Shown here in pieces: positions 33,601 to 47,435 of a stretch of 64,000 bases of DNA (position 1 is the first letter of the stretch; each line of letters starts with the position of its first letter). The notes below the pieces were generated by a model. That model ran no database searches. It saw nothing but the letters and a program-made list of their open reading frames with translations, and was not told the origin of the DNA. This DNA is from Basidiobolus meristosporus CBS 931.73 (Eukaryota > Fungi > Basidiobolomycota). The position numbers and the translations under genes were made by a program. The stretch is taken from NCBI GenBank assembly GCA_002104905.1, contig MCFE01000015.1, positions 124,001-188,000 of the forward strand, written 5' to 3'.

Positions 33601-36600
33601 GTGGAATCCAATAACTCTACCACCTTTGGAACCAAGATATCTCTTCCCCCTGCTCTCGTCTCTGTCGACCAACTCCTTCTCTACCGCAAGGATGTCATTG
33701 TACAAATCGCCTTGTTCGTCAACTGCTTCGAGAGTGATGAGATTTGCCTTCTCTCGGTGAATGCCCTCTTGGCACTTTCGGAATCCGAGGCCTTTGGTGG
33801 CCGTGGACATAGCGATGGGGACTTCTCGATCAACAAGCTGGTAAGCGTTTTGAACTCTAGCGACGAGGCTGCTCGTATTCTCCACGGCTTCCTCGAAAGG
33901 TTGGAGATCGATGAGCCGGAAGTAGATGCTGTTGAGACAGGCATTAGTCAACACGACAATATGCATCAAGTCATGAGTGAAGCTAGTGGCGGCTTGGATG
34001 ATCAACCTGGCATGGCCAATTCCATTCGTCTGAGAATCTTGGAGCTTTTGCTCAAGAATCTTAACCCTGACAAGGTTCCTCCTACCATATCCCATATGCT
34101 CTTGGGATACCAACTCAAGGGTGGCATCTCTGAAACCGAGATTCCCGATCCTATGAGTGATAATGCCAAGGTATCATGTCTCCACATCATTCTGGATTTG
34201 CTCCGTGAAGGCATTGAGCGCAGCAAAGGTGGTTCAGATGCTGAGCAAAACAAGGAAGCCAGCACCCAGAGATCCGGTATTCCATTGTTCGCTAAGCATC
34301 CTTCCTTGGCTGAGCGTTGTTATCATCTGATTTACCGACTCTGCTCCAACCCCAACACATCTTCGCCTACCATGCGCTATCTACGTATTCGTGAGGATTA
34401 CTACTATAGTCAACTGAAGTCTATGCCTGTTAGCATTGGCTCAATTGGTGAACAACACAATGGGGAAATCATCTATCCGGATGGCACCAAGGTGTCTCTG
34501 GATGTTGCTGGTCTCTTTGCACAGCTTCATCAGCGTGCCTGGTTACTTCGCACCATTGCTCTGGAGCTTCATATTACCACTCTGGCAGGGCAGCGTTCTC
34601 AGACTCAAAGATTGCTCAACTTACTGTATGGCACTGGCGAGTCTAACATTGCAGATGATTCCGTATCAGAAGACCGTTTCGATATCAGCGGTATCAGCAC
34701 TTTTAGCAAGTCAAAGCTTCAGCAATCTACAATGAAGATGCTCGAAATATTGAACTCGGTTGATTTCGTTTGGAGCGATTACTTGAAGAATGACAATCTT
34801 GAGCCGTTTTACTTTAAGGGCCTCGACTTTGAACCTTGCCTCAGAACAAATGAGCGCGGCTGCTATGTATATGACATCCGTGCTGTTTTCGCAATGCTCT
34901 CCGTTGCCAAGAAACAGTTCGAGAAGCAAGGAAGCATCTCCTCAGCTGGCCAGAAATCAGCTATCAAAGAAGAAATGCGCCTGATTTTGAATCATTTCAT
35001 CGTCGAGAATAGAAGCCGTGAGCTGTTCCACGCCAAATTCCACTGTCTCCAAGCTTGGAAGCAGGTCGTCGACATAACCCTTTCGAAATGCTTTGACCTT
35101 CTGACTCCCGACTCGCGCGAATCAGTTCTTTATGACTTGATCTTATCCTTATTGCCAAAGATCATTTCTGAAGATAACACCATCTTGATCGTCGAAAGTC
35201 TCAGTGGTGTTGTTCTATCATTGTTAACTAAGTTAAGACAAGACCAACAACACCAGATTGTCCTCCAAACACCCTCGACACTTGGAAGTACAACCGTTGC
35301 AGTACGCCTACCTGCAGATAGACTTCACAGCATTCTGAAGGGCTTGATTGAAAGTATCCAAAGACCAGGCTCTACCATCACCATGAGAGGAAATCTATAC
35401 GTCGCTTTACTCAGCTATCTTCAGTACACCAATCCCTCCAGCAACTCTCTCACCCAAGGCAAAAAGGATCTTGAGCAATCGCTTTCATCCTCTACTTTTG
35501 GGAGATCTCTATCCAGCTCTTTGAGTGCTACAACCCGACCAGTTCAAAGAGATAACCTCGAAGCGGGCAACTTGTCTATTTTGAATATTGCCGGCGACAA
35601 ATTCCTCGAGATTTTGTGTCGTGATGCGTGCGATAGTGATGATGTCTGGAAAACGGTTGCCTTCACCCTCCTGGATTCCCTCACCTTGCTGTGGGAAAAG
35701 GAAAAGGTCAACCAGGTTACCAGCTACATGCTTCGAAGAAATTTCCTTAGACATTTCATTGAAATGCTAAGAAGAGATGACATCGCTTTGCAAGAACTTC
35801 TTCAGCCTGAAGTGGATGATCTCAACGCTTTGTTTGTTTACGAGGCAAAACTCTCCCTTTTCCTTCGTATCGCCCAGCGTCGTGACGGGGCCGAGAAGTT
35901 GTTGGAAAACGGAGTGGTCGAAGTGCTTGCCGATATTGGATTTTTGGATCAGCGCCCCAGCTCCGATGCTATGAATACCGACTTCGATAGTTTCATCCCA
36001 CCCGCCACCGAAAGATATCATCAGCTTCTCACCCCACTTCTTCAGCTGCTTGTCGCCATAATGACCATTCTTGGGCGGGATCATACCACGGCCATCAATA
36101 AGATCTCCAACTTTGTTCGTAGACATCAAGAGGTCTTTGCTGCAGTGTTGCAAGACACTTCTGCCGTCACATCCATCACAACCTTGAGTGAACTCCGACT
36201 TATCACTGCACTGTTCTCATACTTGAGTAGTCAGCAGGATTTGGTGGACAAAATGAGAACCGGACTAGGATTCGGCTCCTTCCAAACCTTAACCCTAGGT
36301 TTGTTGACCAAGTACAGCTCCACCGATCGTTGGTCATACAAACTCAAGCCCACCAACGATGTCGAACGCGAAAAAGAGCAACAAACCTACCGGTTTATGG
36401 GTGCATCACTCGAGATCAGCTTACTTCAGAGAGAAGCGGAATTTATTGTTCTGGAAATCTGGAAAAACATTCTCACATATTGCCAAGTATTGACCGACAC
36501 TGAGCGTGGCAACAAGGTCTTCAAACCCATCTTTGGTTGGACCCTCACAGCTGCCAAGGATGGCGATTACTATGTCGCCACACCAGGCTCCTCCAACACA

Positions 36601-37224
36601 CCTACTTTGGCCACTCTGGCGATCTACATGCGCTCCACCATCAACTCTTTGCTCAAGCAGTTGAAGGACCACAAGGATATCTCCTACAAGATCAACAACG
36701 TCGCCACCCTCACCATGGGCGAGGTGAATGAGATACTCTCAGGCTCGCCTAGTGATTTTGCTGACGACTTGACCAGCGGCCAGCGTCAACAACTTGCCCT
36801 GAACGAGCTTCAACGTATCCTCAATAGCAAATCAAAGGAGGTGGTTTCTAGTCTCTACATCATTGAAAATGGACTGCTTCTGTTGTGGCGTCATCTAGAG
36901 TTCTACCTTACTGTTTATACCCCCACATATGAAGCAGACCTGAACTCCAGCCGTGGCTACATCTCCTCCCCACAAGCATTTGGAAGAAGTCAAGGCAACT
37001 TCGACGGCGGGGCCGGCAAGAACCGCGGTTTCCAGCCAGCAGCCTCCGACCTTGATATCTTGAGAACTGATGCCAGTATCGTTCTCCAGCCGGTATTGAA
37101 CAAGCTGCTTTCACTTGAGCTGACTCCGGGTGTTGTTGGAAATGCCAACACACGAAACAGCTATCTGCAAATGTTGGTTAGACGCATCAAAGATCTACTG
37201 TTCCAATCTGATGAGGAATGGTAA
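30695..37224 (+). CDS. NUP192: Nucleoporin Nup192/Nup205, one intron (30885-30949)
   Basis: 2093-aa helical ORF. EAISLSDELCVDEYFAATLL...AILLYHSER.YLL.CL, LE.IES..ETYP.T.AFL.LL and HPGF motifs are typical of the family. Confidence 0.92.
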
Positions 37225-37740
37225 CTCTCGCCATTTATCCTCAACCTCTCTTATCTATCCATCTATGAAATCCGGTATTGTAATCCTAATGAAAGAATAA
37301 AAAAACTAGACAAGGTGAAGAGACGTTGTGGAGTCGTGGTCCCATTTGGGCAGCTTTGTGCTCAATACAAGATTATCATATCGCGTAGGCGCTATTTGTG
37401 CATCATGCGGATTTTCCGTAATAGTGGTTCGTACATTCCGGCAGGGTTCCAGTGTAACGGGATTGGCGAATACGCGCTTTAGCATTTTATCTGGTTGGCA
37501 TCGATTTAGCACCTCCTGGTTGGGCCTAATTGGGAAATATCAAAAACCCCCGAAACACCGCCATAAATGGTGCAACAGCAAATTGAAATTTCTCTGAGTT
37601 TCCCATATCTTCTTGCGTATTGCCCAAATGTGGCTGAAGAGCGAAGGGCGAATGGGTAGCTCAGGAAGGCCAGGACTTTAGTTCTCGTAAAATTTCAGCC
37701 GGACCAAGTTGAGATAATTCAGGGAAGTTTTAGAGTGGAA

Positions 37741-37802
37741 GCTCATTCACTGATGGATATGTATGGTCAAAGCTCGGTCACTGATAGATATGTATGGTCA
37801 AT
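37741..37802. repeat. 31-bp imperfect tandem duplication
   Basis: gctcattcactgatggatatgtatggtcaaa / gctcggtcactgatagatatgtatggtcaat. Confidence 0.85.
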
Positions 37803-38195
37803 GAACTGTTACCTCATCCGTGGAAGATAGTTGCACCATTTGATCAATCTGGGTGGGTACTTCGGGGCCTAGAATCGTGGGAACCCATCATCCGGACATC
37901 TTTGGCCATTCACCCTGTTTTACGAGTTAACACATACTCGGGATTGTGGAAATGTAAACGATCCCGACGCAAAACATTTGTGATCAAATTCCCTACCGGT
38001 GCTTCTCTCACCGACACTTAAAGTTGAGCCTTAAGCTTAAACCGCACATTACAGGGGATTATTAGGTAGCAAATACAGATAACATCGTTACACAGAACCT
38101 CCAAAACAATCTCTTTTCATTAAAAGAATTGGCTCTATCTAGGCAAAATGTACAAAATTAAGTGACGTTGAGAAAAGGAGAAAGTAGATTTCTGG

Positions 38196-38828
38196 TCAGA
38201 TTTCTGGCTCAGGAGTGGACGGCTTCAGCAGCGTGCGCCGAGTAGGGATTCGGATCCCTTGCTTAATAAAGCACCTAGTCAGGTCTGTTGGCTCACACCC
38301 GCCTGGGAAATCTTTCGCCAAGTACACAGTAAACGGATCGGAAAAAACCTGTGCCTGTACTAGGGAGGCCCCGCCGAAACAATTCTGAGCCAAATTGAAG
38401 AATAAAAAACGCAGCGTAAATCGGCCTTCGGTTCGTACGGAAAGATCAGGGAAAACAAAGTAGACCCCGGGTTCTCCTTCGACGTTAAAGAGGTGGTAGG
38501 CAGAAGATGTCAGAGAACCCAACAGGTTGCGGGCGTAGTTGGGTGCATTAAGAGTGATCACTGTAGTACGAGGTAGAGAGGTGGTGGAGGGGATTGTGGA
38601 AGGATGGACAACCAGGATCCGGCTCTCTTGACAATCCTCTGACCAAAGGTCGACATGAGCCGAAAAAAACGAGAGATCCTGTGTGGAATGTATTGGTCTT
38701 CCTTCGTCATCGAACATGCGGAGTCTCACGATTGGTGGCGGGTCGATAGATCTCCTTCTGTCCCCAAATCCACTCATGTGGGCCTGAGTGGGTTGCTGGA
38801 CCACTTCGAGCGTGTACCGTACCATCAC
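38196..38828 (-). CDS. Velvet-domain protein (VelB/VosA-like), intronless, 210 aa
   Basis: Y.LEVVQQP..A.M.GFGD.RR.IDPPPIVRL, RNLLGSL.SSAY.L, G.YFVFPDLSVRTEG.F.LRF, S.PF.VY.AK.FPG. Confidence 0.93.
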   Translation of the reverse strand: MMVRYTLEVVQQPTQAHMSGFGDRRRSIDPPPIVRLRMFDDEGRPIHSTQDLSFFSAHVDLWSEDCQESRILVVHPSTIPSTTSLPRTTVITLNAPNYARNLLGSLTSSAYHLFNVEGEPGVYFVFPDLSVRTEGRFTLRFLFFNLAQNCFGGASLVQAQVFSDPFTVYLAKDFPGGCEPTDLTRCFIKQGIRIPTRRTLLKPSTPEPEI

Positions 38829-39958
38829 CCAAGAATACTAATGCCTTGTGGTAAATAAAGCAAAGGAAACTGCGGATATGTAGGGATGGTGTGTGAAAGT
38901 AAGGAAAAGGTGAAAGGGGGCCCTCTTATATGGTTGAGTGGGATTGTGATCCATGGGGAGCCACCATATTTATATACCCTACAGTTTATTTGCGGTGTGA
39001 TTTACTCGAAAATCATTTCAGGTTAGATGCCAACTCTTCGGGTGATATTCGATCAACAATGATGCATTATATATAGTCTATCTCTTTACATTAGAGGCTT
39101 AATGCCAGCTACATCACATGATGCCCTCCTCTCGTGTAACGGCGCATTAGTTGGGTGACGGCGTTTTCCAAGTGGTATGTCTGTTCACGTTTCTCGCAAG
39201 AATGGTCTTTTGGGAAAATATTGTGGGCTCAAACGGTAATTGGTCCAAGCCCTTCGTCTGCTTCCAGATTGTTTTTGCTTCCACATAGGACCATTGATAA
39301 GCCCAGATTGAATGGCTACCTTTCTAATTGGCAGTGGAGATTTGGTAGATGCTTCCTAATTGGGGAGAGCATCTATCCAGATTTCACTATTAGTTCGTAT
39401 GCTAGTTCTCAGGATATTGCTACACCAACCTAATCATTCTTCTACTGCCGACATCTTCACCGGTTAGTGTAGCTGCTGGGCTTAGCTATGTCTACATCTG
39501 ATCGCTCTTCTTTAGGATTGTCAGTATTAAGCTTAATGTCGAAGCGTGGCCTATGGACTATCTGAAGGTTCTACGCTCAATGACCGTTTTATACCAATAA
39601 TCCTGAATGGACATTTTTGTTAGTGCACGAGCCTCGTGTTTACATATTTGGATGACTTTGACATTCAAAAATTTGCAGCATAAGTACATCATTAAGCCCA
39701 TCTAATCTAGTATTGGTTTTGATGCATATCCGCATTAACCTGGTTGGATTCGTCACGTTAATCTACTAATCGCCTTTCTCCTCCTTTTAGTTAATCTGTT
39801 CAATATTGAGTTTGAATCATGGTGATCCCCTAACTCTTATCTCAGCCCTCACAAGTCGTTCCTAACTTACAGAACAAACAACATTCTCGTTACCGCCTGT
39901 CTAGTACCAACCGTTTTTTATTTCCCTTCTCCAGAATCGCTTGAATAGAAAGCGGACA

Positions 39959-40853
39959 ATGAGTTCTGTCGCGTTGGAAATAGCCGAAAAGCCAGTCACC
40001 GTTTCACAGCCAGACATGGAAAATGCTTCCAAAGAGGTCGAGGACCTATCTGATTCCCTACAAAAGCAGTCGGCTGCTCAAGAGGAGCAGGAAATGGTCA
40101 CGGTGTTTACGGATCCTGTCAATTTCAATGTCAAACATCCCTTGAACAACGCTTGGACCCTTTGGTATGATAATCCTGGCAAAAAAACCAACCATTCCAG
40201 CTGGTCTCAAAACCTTAAAGAGGTCGTAACTTTTAGCACGGTCGAAGATTTTTGGGGGTATTTGTAATTGGCGTAACTTCAGAATCACCTCGCACTAATC
40301 GCCAGCTTTTCAGGACCTACAATAATGTCGTCAGAGTTAGTGACCTGACCTCAGGTTCAAACTATCACCTATTTAAGGAGGGTATCAGACCTATGTGGGA
40401 GGACGCCGCTAATGAACAAGGTGGCAAATGGGTCATACAGTTTCCTAAAAAAACTGGGGAGGAAATCAACAACTTGTGGCTATATACTGTGAGCATCGAT
40501 ATGGTCTTTGTACATCCTGCACATACTAATGATTTTATTTTTTGTTAGATCTTATGCTGCATTGGGGAGACATTTTCATATGAGAATGAGGTCACTGGTG
40601 CAGTGGCATCCGCTCGTAAAAGCTTCTACAGACTCTCGCTTTGGACACGAACATCCGATAGTAGAGAAATCTGCGAAGCCATTGGGTAGGAAACCGCCAC
40701 AGGACTTGTTACTCCAGTAACATTATTAACACTTTACTTAGTCTACACCTGAAAGAATCCTTGGGGATGTCCCCGAATCAACATCTGGAATTCCAGTCTC
40801 ACGCTGATGCTGCGAAGGGCGCGTCTTTAAACAAAGGTCGTTATGTGGTATAG
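39959..40853 (+). CDS. eIF4E: Translation initiation factor eIF4E (class I), 4 exons
   Basis: KHPLNNAWTLWYDNP, FSTVEDFWG, YHLFKEGIRPMWED...GGKW, NLWL. Conserved Trp set. Confidence 0.95.
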
Positions 40854-41366
40854 TTTGCTTCATGCCTTGGTGATAATCAAAAGTACCTCATTCTAGATAT
40901 TTCTATCTCTTACAACTCTATCCTATTTGTAACAGCCCCGAGGCCACCAGCACTCACTTTATCCATGGGTTTATATAGCACAACCTCCTGTCTTTGTTTA
41001 TCTCTACATTCAATATTACACCCTGTCATTCGTAGTGATAACAAATGGAATAAGGGCGAGGTCATGTATAATCTTATACCAGTGACACCATTCTCTAATC
41101 GCCATGCTCCTTTAAATCAAATTACGATATTGATCAACAACAAACCATATTTCAATTGGTCTGCAGTTAGACGTGGCTATGCACATATAGTCTTTTGTGT
41201 TTAAGAGAGGTCGGCAAAAGTAGACGGACAACAGTCTTTTGATCAGATCAGTGATTGATCCATCCGATATTCAATGGGAATGAACAATCAGTGAATTTGG
41301 GTGTATGCGCTTATACTCGGCATCCAGTATTTTAATAGACAGGAAAGCCACTTGCCAACAATTAAG

Positions 41367-44185
41367 ATGTTTTACTCCAAAGATATACTCACCAAGAAGA
41401 AAGGTGGATTTGGTATAATATGGTAGCTAAATTATGGAGTGCATCGAGCCTATACAATAGCTAACATTGATATATTTGCTAGGCTAGCGGCTACGTTAGG
41501 TGCTAAATCTCACGTCAAAAAACTGTCCAAGAAAGATGTCAAAAGTGTTAACGTCACTCAAGCATGGTATTGCCCCCACTTTTCCTTGCACCTGGCACAT
41601 ATCCGTTTGGTAATCATAAAGTTTATCAGTGGATTTCTAGCCTCTCCACCTGAGCCGCTCGCTCTTCGTTTAAGTTCCAATCTCATGGTGGGAATCTCTC
41701 GTGTCTACAATCAACAATATGATATGTATTACAGTATGTATATTGTCAGTCATACTCAATCCTACAACAGTCACTCAGCAATACATCTAACCTCAATTGG
41801 TAGCTGAAGTGAACAATCTATGGCAAAACATCCGAAATCATTTGATGGCATTAGAGTCTGAAAATGTAACAATGGCAATACCTGAAGCGCGGTTGGTATA
41901 TACTTGTCAAGAACACAAAAAAGCTTTACTGAAAAAATTCTGTGTAGATTCGAAGCCATCACGTTGAGTGAGAGGTTTGGGGAGCTATCAGGTCTTCCTG
42001 TGGCTCCCGAAGATGTAATCTCTACGACAGTTACACCTTATTAATATAAATAGCTCATACCCTCTTAGTTGTATGCAGCTGACTTCGGGTGGATGCTGAC
42101 AGTGGAGGAACGAAGCTTACTCCCATCAATAGAGGGATCAGGTAATTTGATATTCGCATTTTAGCTCAGGTAATAGATTATTTATGTCATATCCTAGAAA
42201 TATTTCCTTCTGTTAGCAGTGCTTTGATAACTGTCCCGGAAACTCCATTTGAAGGAGAATTCTCAATGGGAGACATTGGCCCTGGAATGCTATCAGAAGA
42301 TATACTTGGAGCAGAAGAAGTGTTAGTAAGGGTCCTACTGCTGATTATGTATTGTTTCGTCTCAAAAGTTTTCTATACAGTCCAGGGTTGGTGTTCGATA
42401 TTGAGGGAAATTTGACAATAGCCGAGGGGGCTGAGGCACCACAAATGGAAGCTTTTGCTTTTGACGAAGGCGAAATGATGGCTAGAGTACAAGAAGAGCA
42501 TGAGCGCAGAGCAGGGGTCCAAATCCCCCCACAACGCCAGGTACACGAGTTTTATTGAGCATGTTTAGCTAGCTCTAAATATTGCATACAATCACAGATT
42601 CCAGGGTTGGAAAGAGATGTGCTGCCAATAGAGGCCGAAACTGAATTGACTGAAGGGCCCCCAGTCATCGAAGGTGATTCTATTCTAGAAGGCGTTTTTC
42701 AAGAATATGGACAGGTCAGAAGAGAACGGCGTGGTTCACGTTTTGTGCTTCGTGATCAATACACAGAATTGGCAGAAGGCGAGGTTGGATGGCGAGAGCA
42801 AATGAGACATGACATTGAACAGGCTGCTACGGAATCTAGATTAAAGGTATTTTTGATGAATTCATGATCCGCGATGTATTTCACTTCATAACAACCATAT
42901 TAGATAATGAGAAGACGCAACAAAGAAGAAGCGTTAAGGCTTCTCAATGAACCAGGCATCAGAAGTATGTTACTATATTCATTTTGCATGTCGATCGAAT
43001 GTTTATCGAATTGAAGATTACGCTCCGGAGATTCAAGATATGTGGATTGGTTCAGTTACGAAAAAAAGAAAGCTGGGCACTAGCGGTAAGTAATGGCAAT
43101 TGTCTATTCACAAGTTCAATGAGTAATATCATTTCAATCAGTTGTGGATGAACACAAAAGAAAGCACAGAGCTGGAGAGGAAATACCCACGAGAGAAAGA
43201 GGTCGGGGGCCTCTTACTGATATACCTTTCGGTGAATTCGAAGTCAGCAGTGTGGAATCAAGGGGCGATTTAGAGGTATCAAACGAATAATTCTTGCTTT
43301 TGAAGATGAACGTAACTATAAATTAGATAGATGGAATATGGTGAGCCGGAGGTGTTAAGGGCATTTGATAGAGATTCCATAGAGCTCGCTAGAAATGTGA
43401 TGCCATGGAATGTCGGGTACGAGGCCAGTTTTCGAAGGCAAAGTAGTATTGAAACAGGTACATCTCACTCGTTCGATTAGTTCACTTCATTAACTAGTAC
43501 TAATACCAATGCCCATAGAGAGCACTGGTGTCCCATCATTAAGCGAACGAGAATTTGCTCCGGAAACCCCATGGGGTAGAAGGTATATTGGTTTTCTTAG
43601 CAAAATAATTTTCCTAAGGACTGATTGTAATAATATATTACATTAGACGTAGCAGTATTACAGTAGCTTCCTCGACTAGAGCCACCGGCGCGACAACTAT
43701 TGAAGAGCTCTCTTTAGAGCAAGCAGAGATTGGGCTCTCTGAGGCTAGATTTGGTATAATAATTATTATTTTTCCTGCTGCCTGCCATCAGAAGGTTCAT
43801 TGTACTATCCCATATAGGTGAGACTGCTTCTATACAAGAAGTTGAGCCTACACCATTGATTGCTGAAGGCGAAACGGCACGATTTATGGAGTAACTTCAA
43901 CCACTCATATTTATGCAAAATTGATTGCTAACACATTATAAGATATACGAAATCCATTATGAAGCAGGCAAATGTATTATCAGTACATTTCAGCGATCTT
44001 ATCCCGTTACAATCCTCAAGAACCACAGCTGCCCAAGCTTTCTATCACATACTAGGTAATCTTTCTTATGTCTGATACAGCTGGCGTCTCTAAAAATTTG
44101 TTTTGTAGTTTTATCAACCAGAAATCTAGCAAGAGTTCACCAAACTGAACCATATTCCGATATTACCATAGAGTTTTTATCATAG
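41367..44185 (+). CDS. REC8: Meiotic kleisin Rec8-like cohesin subunit, highly intron-rich
   Basis: MFYSKDILTKKKGGFGIIWLAATLGAKS..KKL.KKD...V...PEPLALRLSSNLMVGISRVY resembles fission-yeast Rec8 more than Rad21 (recalled). C-terminal AAQAFYHILVL...QTEPYSDI. Internal exons only partly traced. Confidence 0.8.
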
Positions 44186-44329
44186 GTGTGAATTCAGATA
44201 CCGCTAATTAGTTTGCTTGTATTGCAGAATTGGATAATGCGTAGAATTAATTTAGCAAGTCTCCAAATAAATTCAAGAATAATGCTCATTAGATATCTCG
44301 TCACATAATCCATAGAATTCTTTGACTTG

Positions 44330-45571
44330 ATGTCTTCCATATCGGATGGTCATTCTATAAAGGTTCACCAAATAAGTTTACTATATCCAACCTTTGCAAA
44401 GAAATTTGGCTAAACTACTCTCCCGCGTTCCGGAAGGTCGCTTACATCTCTTCTCTGGTGAGCGAAACTATACTCAAAAAGGGTTTCGAGTTCTCAGGTG
44501 AGATTGTGAACTTCTATTTCTACCCTAGGTACAATGTACAATGTGATTTCTAATCTGGATGTATATTCATACCACCTAATGATAGTTTACAAGAAGGACT
44601 TCACGAATGTGTAATAAAATTCAAAGACAACCCTTCTATAATTACAGTGTTGCACCTTTCAGGGGCTGAATTAGGCGACCAGAATATTGTTACCAAAAGC
44701 TGCCACACATATGAAATACCCTCCTCCCCTTCCGCACAAACTATTGTAAATGCGCGAGTGAACGATTCGGTCCCATCACTTCAGCCCCCTTCTAATGAAG
44801 AGGAACTCATCCGTATCGCTTATGTTAGCAACATCAGCCCAAGTGTAACCGAAGCTGAACTGATACAGCTTTTTTCGACCTATGGACCGGTAATTTAAGC
44901 TAAGATAGCCGGGGATGCCGCACAGCCTACTCGCTTTGCTTTTTTAAAGTTTTCCGAAATTCCGGCGGTGCAAATGGCACTTGATATGAATGGGGTAATG
45001 CTGGGTGGACAGCCGTTAAAGTTAGTGTACAGGTTATTGACCCGCTGGTCACTTTATATCCCATGAATCCTGTCATTTTTCAGGATTGCTCATTCCAGAA
45101 ATGCCATCAACAGAGTAAATACGAACCCTATCACACAGGAGACCACTAAATATTCTAGTAGATCAACAGTTCTTGGAGGCCAGAATACCATCACCGGGTA
45201 TCATCCCATTTCAAAGACATCTCGCTCACCTTAGAAGTCATGTAATATTTTGTAAGCTCTTTCTCCCCATAGATCTGATGAAAGAGGCCACCATCATAAT
45301 GGCATCTACATACAGCTTTTGAAGACACTAGCTTTATCAAATGGTAGATAATGTCTACTCACAAGGATACACTTCAAGAGAACATGATTATCGAAGACCC
45401 GAAAGAAAATGTAGTAGACGATATGGCCAATCCTATAACCATTATGATGGGAGTAACGGAAAAGATAGAGATAAAAGCCAAGCTAGAGGCAGGGGTAGGA
45501 GTAGATCACCGCAAAGGCACTCCAAAGATGGGAATGGTGACCGACGAAGAACAAAAGATAATAGAAAATAG
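44330..45571 (+). pseudogene. SREK1/SRSF11-like two-RRM plus RS-domain gene with an in-frame TAA (pseudogene, null allele or sequence error)
   Basis: RRM2 reads RIAYVSNISP...FSTYGPVI*AKIAGDAAQPTRFAFLKF...NGVMLGGQPLK..HSRNAI. RS tail RGRGRSRSP. Stop at 44896-44898. Confidence 0.65.
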
Positions 45572-46168
45572 GGAAGAAACAGTTAAATGTAGAAATATAA
45601 ATCCATTTGGTTTGTTTCTCGAGAGATTCCCATCTTTCATACCTCTTATTATTTGGGGAATGATAAGTCCAGTAGTATCTAAAGGTAGATATATCAAGCC
45701 TCGTGCACCTGTACTCCAGAAGCTTCTTTCAAGCTATCCAGGTTTGAGCTGATTTGCTAGTTGAACTTTTGCCTTAACTACATTATCTTGCAACGAATAT
45801 CCAAATCAAGTTAGTCTATCTTGCAGGTAGATATCTATCCAATCTCACAAATGTGCCAAATTTCTGCTACGCTCAGGAATGATGTACAGTATTTCGGGTT
45901 AATCTTATCGGTAACCTAAGATCCGACAGCCGCAAAGATGATACTCTGCCCAAGCCATGTGCCCATGGAGAAAAAAAGGGAGACGTATCTGGTAGAGCTG
46001 CCTCTTTATGGACGAAAAGCTGTCAACAGCTGTGTCATGGTAAAGCGTATTACTTTAATGATCTACGCTTAGCGTATATACAAGTACAAATGACTGACAG
46101 GACTATCTACACACGATTCATTCATGAATAGCTATATATAAATGAGGATGCCTTTCCAGAGTCGCTGT

Positions 46169-46759
46169 CTAGATAGTTTCGTAAAACTCCGCCATCACGT
46201 AATAGGCATCCTGGCTCAGGCGAAGGAACGCCACATTTGACATGATCGAGTCGAAGTTATCCTCGGTCATGGACATCACCCATTGGTCATCATCATGGGT
46301 GTATATCCATTGAAGCAGCTCCTTAAATCCGTTCACACATGGAACCGAGAGATGAATATGACAACGTCCGGCACAGTCAAAGGTGATTTGCTCCTTGTTG
46401 GGATTGAATTGCTCCAGCTCGTCAAGGATGGGTGTATGAAGGTGTGGGGTCCTATGAATTGTTCTGTACAAAACTGGGCTATCGTGGATGAAATAGAAGT
46501 CGTGGACCCAAAAGGCGGCGCTCTCTCCTTCCTGGTCTTGGATATGAAGACAAGTGTTTGAGGATTGCGGGTTGTTGAACAATGTGAGGCCCATCTGGTG
46601 GAGATTGTGTAAAACGTGGGTTTTTGTGACCACCTCTGTTTCTGATATACGAATATACTCTTCAGTTGATTGATCCACGGTGCATTGAGAGTCCTTCACG
46701 CATCCGGTGGAGCGAAGAGAGGTGCCATCAAGGAAATGTGGGTCGTGCGAGACAAGCAT
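46169..46759 (-). CDS. BTB/POZ-like protein, paralogue 1, intronless
   Basis: LFNNPQSSNTCLHI...FWVHDFYF...SPVL...F.ELLQWIYT..MTEDNF.SIM..V.FL fits the BTB pattern. Confidence 0.7.
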   Translation of the reverse strand: MLVSHDPHFLDGTSLRSTGCVKDSQCTVDQSTEEYIRISETEVVTKTHVLHNLHQMGLTLFNNPQSSNTCLHIQDQEGESAAFWVHDFYFIHDSPVLYRTIHRTPHLHTPILDELEQFNPNKEQITFDCAGRCHIHLSVPCVNGFKELLQWIYTHDDDQWVMSMTEDNFDSIMSNVAFLRLSQDAYYVMAEFYETI

Positions 46760-47435
46760 GGTAAATTGATTAAAGGAGGAACGATCGCAGATAACGGAGA
46801 ATTCCCGATTGTCCGCAATTATATAGGTTTGCGGCTTGGCAAGACGTGGTGATATCTTAACCCGAACCTATCACTTGATGATTGCTTAACCTTTTCCACA
46901 TCCAATGAACCATCAGATGGGTAAACCTTCGCGAAGATCCATCCAGGAAAAGCCAAAATCCCGGTAAAACTCTTTTTCGAATGTTGACCAATTGCAAATA
47001 TAGGAAACCCCTCAATCGGGGGAATCCTTGGCAATTCCCCCTCCCTTGAACGTCTGTGCGGATCCAACGCCATGTGGTTGTTATCTAGAGTGGCTCGTGT
47101 CGAATGAATTTGGTAGACACGAGGTGTGCAGCATCCCACCAGATTACATTGATTGTCCATTGCCCTGCCCATGATAAGAAACATGAACGCAACCAAAGCC
47201 TATGGCCATGCTCAACGCAGGTGTAACAGCTAGGTTATCGATGGATGAATACAAATATATAGAGTTAATGGTGTATAGGTAAACGATTGGATCCCTAAAC
47301 TTTATATCGATCTAACAAAAGCGCAAGATAACTATCCAGTATCGATCAGGCTGGTGTAAAGTTCACCAGCCTCACTATTTAAAATGGCAGCCTTTCGGGG
47401 TCATGATATTCCATGAGAATGCAAAGAATTGTTGC

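Noticed and set aside
39100-39720. Possible small spliced gene between velvet and eIF4E
   Set aside because: No continuous frame could be assembled on either strand and no motif was recognised.
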